This document shows positions 57,257 through 64,000 of a stretch of 64,000 bases of DNA, one piece after another; within the stretch, counting starts at the first letter, position 1, and each line of letters opens with the position of its first letter. The notes beneath the pieces are model-generated. The model did no database searches and was not told the origin of the DNA. It was given only the letters and a program-made list of their open reading frames with translations. A program made the translations under genes and the position numbers. Source of the stretch: Marsupella aquatica (Eukaryota; Plantae; Marchantiophyta); NCBI GenBank assembly GCA_973895155.1, contig OZ316899.1, positions 4,219,241-4,283,240 on the forward strand. Reading direction: 5' to 3'.

Positions 57257-59630
57257 CCTTGTCAAACGTGGGCAAGGGCCCAGCTTGGTCCTCTCCAAGC
57301 CGCCAAATGTCCTCTGGCTATCCTCCGCCTGGCAAATCCTTCTCCTTGGCTAGGGTTGCCCTCTCCAGATCTCTGAGTTGCTCCTGCAACTTGTGGTGGG
57401 CCTATTTTCTCCCATTGTAATTCAGAGGAGGGACATCTGGTGGGGGAGACTCTGGGCTTCTCTGCTATTTTGGGTCCCCACGCACCACTCTTGAAAGTGT
57501 GGGGATGGAATGGCCACAGGTCCGTAACCTGGTACCAAGCAATCTGACCCGTAGCCAAATTCATCCTCGTTGTATTCCTCCACGCCCTCCCTTCCGGCTT
57601 GGAATAGTGGTGCCTGTGGGTCCTCTCTTGGGGTAGCCGCAAACGTGGCATCCTGCTGGGAACTACTCATGTGTACGGGTCTCTCCTCTTGCTCCCACAC
57701 CCGCCTTCCTCTCCCCTCATCATGATTGGGAACCTTGGGCCCTTGTCCCTCGGGTTCCGGTCTTGAGGCTCCCATGTACATCCGCACCCCCGACTCATCT
57801 TTTGGCCTCCTTCTCTCTGCGTCCCCGACAAATGGATCTGCTTTGGTGGGTCTTCTGGTTCCTCCCTCCCCAACCATGCCCTGTATCGGTGCCTCTGTTG
57901 CCATTGTCGTCTTCTCCTTTTGCAGCATCTGCAAGAGGTTCTGCATGGCCGGTTGATGCATTGGCATGGGATTTGGCGTCAGCCTAAAGATTTGTGATAT
58001 TGTGGGGCTGCTGGGCGGTTTGGGCTTCCTTGCTGCCGGCCTCGGCTCCGGCTCCTCCTCTAGCGCCCTTGCCTGGAGGGGGAGTATTGGTGCAAAGGTC
58101 TGGCTCGGGGCATACCGGCACAACACCGGCATGTGATAACCAAGCAGGGACATGCTCCCCTGGCATACCACTTGTTGTTCCTCCTTCAAGATCTTCTTCA
58201 GTTGGGTGAGGAGGTACTTGTTGTAGTCCTGACTGGGTTTGGCCTCTCTGCCAGGTAAACCTGTACCTTGCCAATCTCCGGCCTTGGCAGGTTGCAATGC
58301 ATTGTCACCCGCAAGAAATCAATCATTTCTCCAAGGTGCAAGTTAGCTGTTCCGGAAGAAGCCATTCTTTGGTGATGGCCCGGGGAACTATCTAAACTCC
58401 TTGTCCAGCAAGTTCTTCCCCGGGTGTCTACCTTGGTCTTGTTGCCCATCGGCAAGCCAAATACTTTGGCAATCACCTTGGGAGTGAGATAGAAGTCTCT
58501 CCTGTAGATCTTGGTTGAGTTGGACTTGTGGTCCCATGATCCCACAAATTCCAGCAAGTCTGATTCCGGCACCTCCAGCTTTACCCACGGCAATCTAACA
58601 AAGGCCCCCAAGCCTGATCCGGCCATGAAGCCTTGGTATTTTTTGGTCTGCATGGCTATAAAACATGCATCCTCATCCCATGCAAAATGTAACTGCACTA
58701 CTAGTGGTAAGACTGCCGCCCAACCCTTCCATGTATCATCTCTGGTAGGGATGGCATTGACTGGGTCAACCTCATGTTTCTCGGCTTCCTCCTGCCTCTG
58801 TCTCCCTTGCTTGGCCGGCTTTCTTGATGTCGTCGAGCTTGTTCTTTTGGCCGGTGTGGTTTCTTTGTTGTTGGCCATCTTCCTCTTCATTTTGGTCGCT
58901 CTTGATGACTCCCCTAGCACTGTTGCTTTTGTCCATGCCTCTGTGCAACCCTTTAGGTCCCAATGTTTGTCGTTGCAGTTGTTGATGGCCTCCTGGATGC
59001 CAACAATTCTGTCCTCTCAAAATAGAAGATTGTCGAGCTGATCGGCATTAGGCGTCCATAAGAATTTAGCCTTGATGAGCTCTCCTCCTAGGAAGACAGA
59101 CTTCTGCAATTCCTAGAGCCAAGCAAGCTCTTGTCATTCTTGGGTTGCTCTTTCCGAGTCCTCCTTGTAGGTCCCAGTGTACTTAGTTGCCCGTTTGAAC
59201 AGGCATCCCCAGAAATGCGCAGCTTGATTGACGTTGCTCATTCCCTCCTTATGTCGTTGCTTGGTGTCTGCTTCCGTCCACCGAGTTCACCTTCGCAGCT
59301 GACAGTCGTTAGCTTCTCCTCGCAATCTGCTCGATCAATGTGTGTGAACAAGCCATCACCCTTGGTGTACCTTCCTTACCCCCCTCCGGCCTGTTGTTGC
59401 CTGACTTAGTTGTTGATTACCTGTAGCCGCCGGTGCTTAGCATACCCTAACCCTAATCATGCCCCTTAGTTGCCGTCGTGCCTATTACTCCCGGCCTCGG
59501 CTCGGGTTCCATTGATACCCTTAATTGTTTAAATTTTTGCTTGTTTTTCCTCCTTGTACTAAGGGTTTTAGTGTATACCACCCAAATTTACTATTTTACA
59601 AGGCCTAGTGATTCCTGGCTAGGCATCACA

Positions 59631-62181
59631 CTAACTCATAATCCTATGTCCACACAAGCACTCTATTTTTCATCGTTAGTGCATTTAGGGGCCTCAAAAT
59701 CCTTGCATAGTCTTTCATGTATCTCCAATAGAACCTTGTAAATCCTAAGAAGGCCCTCACCTGCCCTACATTGGAGGGCATTCCTATTCTTTGATTCCCT
59801 TAAGTTTGTCTTGACTAGGCGTAATCCCCTCCGGGGTAAAGGTATGGTTGAGGAACTGAATCTCGTTCATCGGAAACTTTCACTTGCTAGGTTTAGCAAA
59901 GAGACAAGCCTTACAAAGGTGAGAGATACTTCCCTGAGAAATTGCTCATGTTCCTCCAACGTTTTTGAGTAGATTAGAATGTCGTCAATAAAGACTACCA
60001 CTCCTTGGTCCAACAAGTCATGAAAGATAGTATTCATCATTTTCATGAACGTTGCAATTGCATTACACAACCTGAAGGGCATAACCAAAAACTTGTAGGA
60101 TTCAAACCTTGTGCGCATTGCGGTCTTATACTTATATCCATTAGCCATGCGGATCTGGTAATACCTAGACCGCAAGTCCACCTTTGGAAATTTCTTAGCC
60201 CCAGAGAGACAATTGAAGAGGTCATCCATATGAGGTAATGGGTACCTACTCTTTATCGTTTGTTTATTGAGGGCCCCATAATTTGCACACAATCTCAAAG
60301 TACCATCCTGTTTTGACACAAACAGCGCGGGCGCCCCACAAGGACTCTTACTAGGAGAAATGAACCCTTGGTCGATTAACTCTTCCAAGGCGTTCTTCAA
60401 CATCATTTGTTCATTTAGGTTTAAACGATAAGGAGATTTTGCCTGAGGAGCCAAACTTGGCTCCAACTCAACTTGGTGATCCACTTCCCTCCGCGGGGGT
60501 AAACCTTTAGGTAGCTTCTGCGAGAGCACATCAGGAATTTGACCAAAGTCAGGCCTGACCTTAGTTGACTTAGTTTTTGATTGCATAGCAACCTCCTTAA
60601 TTGGGTGGAGATGAAAGAAGAAGCATTCATGTCCACCCTTAAAGTCTTTCCACCATTGCTTTATGCAATCTTTCTTTATTTTTGGTAATTTTGTGTACAA
60701 CGATGGGGTCACCGCCCTTATCAAGAAACTTGAGCACCTCATCCCCCGGTTTCAAGGTAACATTGTGCTTTCTAAAATAACCTACCAACAAAATGAAGTC
60801 TACGGCTAGACCTTCTAGAAAATATAACCTCTCTACTCAAAGTCTATGTACCACTCTCAACACTACTCCATTTGTGTCATTGGCAAAATTGCACACTAAC
60901 GGTTGCAATAGTTCTTGCACGTCCACCCCAAGACGTGCTGCCGCCTGCCTACTTATGAAGCAGGCGGTTGTGCCTATATCCACCAAAGCAACCCCCAAAT
61001 TACCGTTAGAAGTGACATTCACAAAAATTAGCTTGTCAGGATCCATTGTCTTAACCTTAGGTACTTTCTCTTGCAACAACACCTTCCCTCTAGCAAGAAT
61101 ATCCCCTAAGGGGACCTCGTCAACTAATAAGGGTTTGGTTAGAGCAATACTTACCTTAAAGCTCTTTTGCCCTCCATCTCCACTCGGATTTCCACCTTTT
61201 GTGGGACAATCCTTACTTTGATGGCCCATGGCGCCACATGTGTAGCACAAACCTTTAGCCTGCCTCTACTTTGTGAGCACCTGTTTTTTTGCTTTTTGCG
61301 CCAATGAGGGTCCTTTCTTAAAGTTGTTGGCTTTTCCGATTGCGCTAATTTGCTTCTCCATTATGGGGCTCAGGATCCAAACCGCTGGCCCCCGCCCCCT
61401 CAGGCTGCTTGCACTTGTTCCCGAGACCTTTTGCTTTCCTAGCTTCCCCTTTGGATCCCTTGCCACCCACGTTTGCCAAGTCTGGCCGGTTATTCACTAG
61501 CGTAGTGGCCTTGTCAAAGGCGTTAGAAAGCTTTTTAAACTCATGATGCTTTTCCTTTAACTTTTCCCTAAGCAACGGCGGGAGGTTCACTATAAAGTTA
61601 TGAAGCTGCGTATGTAGGGTCTCCTACCCCGCCGGGATACACGCCAATTGGTTTGGGTAATAAGTGATGAACTTTTGGATATCACCGCTGAAGCTTATTT
61701 TTGTTACACATTTTTGTGCGTGCCGCTCTGGGTACTTAGTGGTGACATGAGCATGGAGACCCTCAACCAGATTTTCCCAAGTTAACGGTCAGAAGGAGTC
61801 CTCTTGCAACTTCTTCCAAGACTTGTACCAAGTCAAGGCATAGTGCTTGAGGTAAGGAGCGGTTGCGGAACGCATGCTTGGAGATGAATTGCCATTGTGG
61901 AGAGCCAACTTTTTTCCACTCTACTCATAGGCCCGTTGTAAGTTGGGACCCAACCCTCTTAAGGTTAGGATCACTCCCTCTTCTGGGTTTTGACCCCCTT
62001 CCTCTAATCCGGCTTCTGCATCTTTCTTGTCTGAGTCGGTGCTGTCATTGCTTGACTCATCCATTGGAGGATCGGCTGCCTCCTTCCCCTTCAGTTGATG
62101 GTGCTCAGCATGTGATGTGTTTGCTCCAGCGGCCAATAGTCCCGGCTGCCATGTCCTCATCATCTTGCTTGTAGCGTTCAT
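59631..62181 (-). pseudogene. gag-pol: A3 gag, protease and RT, degenerate
   Basis: [51 protein letters not shown]. Confidence 0.92.
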
Positions 62182-62415
62182 CTAGGGAAGTGAACCGGTC
62201 CTCTTTTTGTTCTTCTTGAACTTGAGCCCTTCCCTAGGTGGGAAGAGCCTTCCTGCCACTTTTTGATCGAGTGTTCTTAACCATGTCTCCAACAACCAAA
62301 TCTTCCAGCAGCCAACCCGCCGGGCACCGTGAAGCACTAAGTCCTCACAAAAATCCGTTAAGATTTTTGGATTCTGACCTAGCCCAACTCCGGCATAGTG
62401 TCTATGCAAGCAATC

Positions 62416-62427
62416 GGTTTGATACCA
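62416..62427 (-). promoter_or_regulatory. A3 PBS, tRNA-Met(i) type
   Basis: TGGTATCAAACC versus canonical TGGTATCAGAGC. Confidence 0.75.
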
Positions 62428-63906
62428 CAAGTGGTGAACCTAGCCACCCAGCGCCCTCATCAATCCCAACACCCACGCCTAAGTGCCCTTGGTTCCCAAA
62501 CGCCTCCACAAACTCCTGTAGCAAGCAACTTGGTGCCCTCAACACCACCCACAACCCTTCCCTTACAAAGCCGCACTTGCTCTCTAGTACGACCGTTGCT
62601 CAACGGTCCTCACTGTCTGCACAAGCAACCAAACAGTCTAGTAAGTAACCCATAAGGAACTAGATCACCTAAGTCTAGCACCCTAACTCAAGCTCAACAT
62701 ACATTGGTAAGTAGGTCAACGATAGGTCCTCCCAATGCCATAAGCCGGAACCCAAATTGACACACACTGTTCATCCAGAATAGCCCCTTCCTTGGGTGTA
62801 GCCGGGGTTCCCCCTTGTACCTACCATCACCAATTGACCGCCCTGCCCCCAGGACATGCTCATGGCCCAAGAAGCGCAGCTTGTCCTAAAGCTTGTCCCA
62901 ACATGTCAGGACCAGAATGACCCCAACTCTAGCAACCAACTCGTGATTCTTGCTCCACTGATGGTCTAGGGGCCAAGTACCCTTGGAACTCAACCTCCAT
63001 GCCTACTTGGCCTTGCCTCCCCAACGCAAGCTCCCTTGGTACACTGAACGCGGCTTGGCTGCTATTTTGGCAGGATTTGGCAAGCGGGCAAGATAGCCGC
63101 TGCAAACCCTGAGAACCCATGGGACCCCTAGACCCAGCTGAGCTCAAGAGAATTTAGTCATCCTTGAGATATTTCCAAGGCATCCAAGAAGTCCATTGGA
63201 GGACTTCTTGTTGGGAAGTTATCGTTGTTTTCATTTGGCATTTTCCCTTAGTGTTGCGACCGCCGTGGCCCACGACTTTGGCTCGCCCTTAGTCCCCAAG
63301 GAGACACCACTCCTCTCGTATATGATTCTGGAGACCTGCCACCCCCAAACCTACTTTGGTCCCCAAATTTTGGCTCCCCACCTGGACCCCAACCCACAAG
63401 TTTGGGCCCGCCACCAATTGGCAATGCCTATAACTTTATAGTTAGGTGTCCGTAAGCGGAGTGTCTTAGCCCATTGTGATTGGGCCGACCCAGTGCTCAT
63501 GCCTAGGCCCTCAAATCTCATTGTCAACTGGGACCTCCAATCTGCCAAACCAAGATTGGGTCGTAACTCATGCCCCAAGCGTCCATTGCCCATGGAGTAA
63601 ACTCCATTTGCCTTGGGCCCAAGAGGAGCTCTCACTCAAGCCCTCATAACTCAAGGTCCGTCCAGGGGTCCGGACGGTCAACCCTGGAGTCTGTCCCATT
63701 CCCTCTTGATCCAACTAGCCCTCAACTAGTTTAAGTCCTTAGTGTGTATCACCATCTTAGCACATTGCCTTTACCCCATTGCCCACAAGTCTCCCCATGC
63801 TAAGTCCTCCCCGGATGGCCATTCCTGGCCTAGACCATAGGGGAGCTTGGTGTTGGAGTCAATGACAAGGGGCTAAGTGGTAAGGTAGTCAATTCCACGA
63901 CTGTCA
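62428..63906 (-). repeat. A3 5' LTR (~1.48 kb)
   Basis: Starts TGACAGTCG at 63906, matching the PPT-adjacent LTR start at 34821; inner end uncertain by a few bases. Confidence 0.85.
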
Positions 63907-64000
63907 AGCTGTGAAGATGACTACCAAAAACTAAACCTACTAGCAATAGATAAACAACATGAATGTACAGGAATAGGTCAGAAGATGATAAGAAATTCTT

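Larger units (their letters stand above)
51040..59241 (-). pseudogene. X2 PMD-like/coiled-coil ORF remnants (59241-57257 and 52618-51040)
   Basis: Starts ATGAGCAACGTCAATCAAGC as in X1; KYQGFMAGSGL.AFVRLPW; ends SIE..PP.S; multiple stops and frameshifts. Confidence 0.88.
50135..59630 (-). mobile_element. Element X2: second, diverged copy of X, split by a CACTA element
   Basis: Ends TGTGGTGCATCC (50135) and AGGCATCACA (59630); TSD CTAAC on both sides; collinear with X1 in reverse. Confidence 0.93.
25640..63906 (-). mobile_element. Element A3: chromovirus (Ty3/gypsy) with three nested insertions; 3' LTR truncated
   Basis: After removing E, D and X2, the order is 5' LTR, PBS, gag, PR, RT, RH, IN, chromodomain, PPT, 3' LTR, and each junction rejoins across its TSD. 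Confidence 0.9.

Overview
This window is essentially all transposable-element DNA. No host gene, rRNA, tRNA or CRISPR array is supported. The element lineages (chromovirus, Athila/Tat-like Ty3/gypsy, Bianca-like Ty1/copia, CACTA) indicate a land-plant genome, probably heterochromatin (inference). Element labels are mine. Left part: a fragment of chromovirus family A is interrupted by element B (1495-19333, minus strand, 1989-bp LTRs). B carries an RPA1-like OB-fold ORF inside each LTR, two small ORFs before gag, and a ~1050-aa PMD-like/coiled-coil extension after integrase. B is itself interrupted by element X1 (8205-12850), which has TG..CA ends, a 5-bp TSD, no pol and one ~1120-aa PMD-like/coiled-coil ORF, so it looks like a gene-carrying solo LTR. 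Middle: a truncated gag of element C is fused to a deleted chromovirus copy (A2). Right part: chromovirus A3 (25640-63906, minus) hosts three insertions. These are solo LTR E (containing an intact copia with identical LTRs), element D, and a second X copy (containing a CACTA element). D (35508-48449) is an Athila-like element with 4.19-kb inverted arms, bounded by two U3 ends and a perfect TSD. Its gag-PR and RT-RH-IN frames are separated by TGA-CAATCA. The most unusual signals are the genes inside LTRs (B, X) and the palindromic D. Domain calls come from motif recognition by eye; no database search was run.
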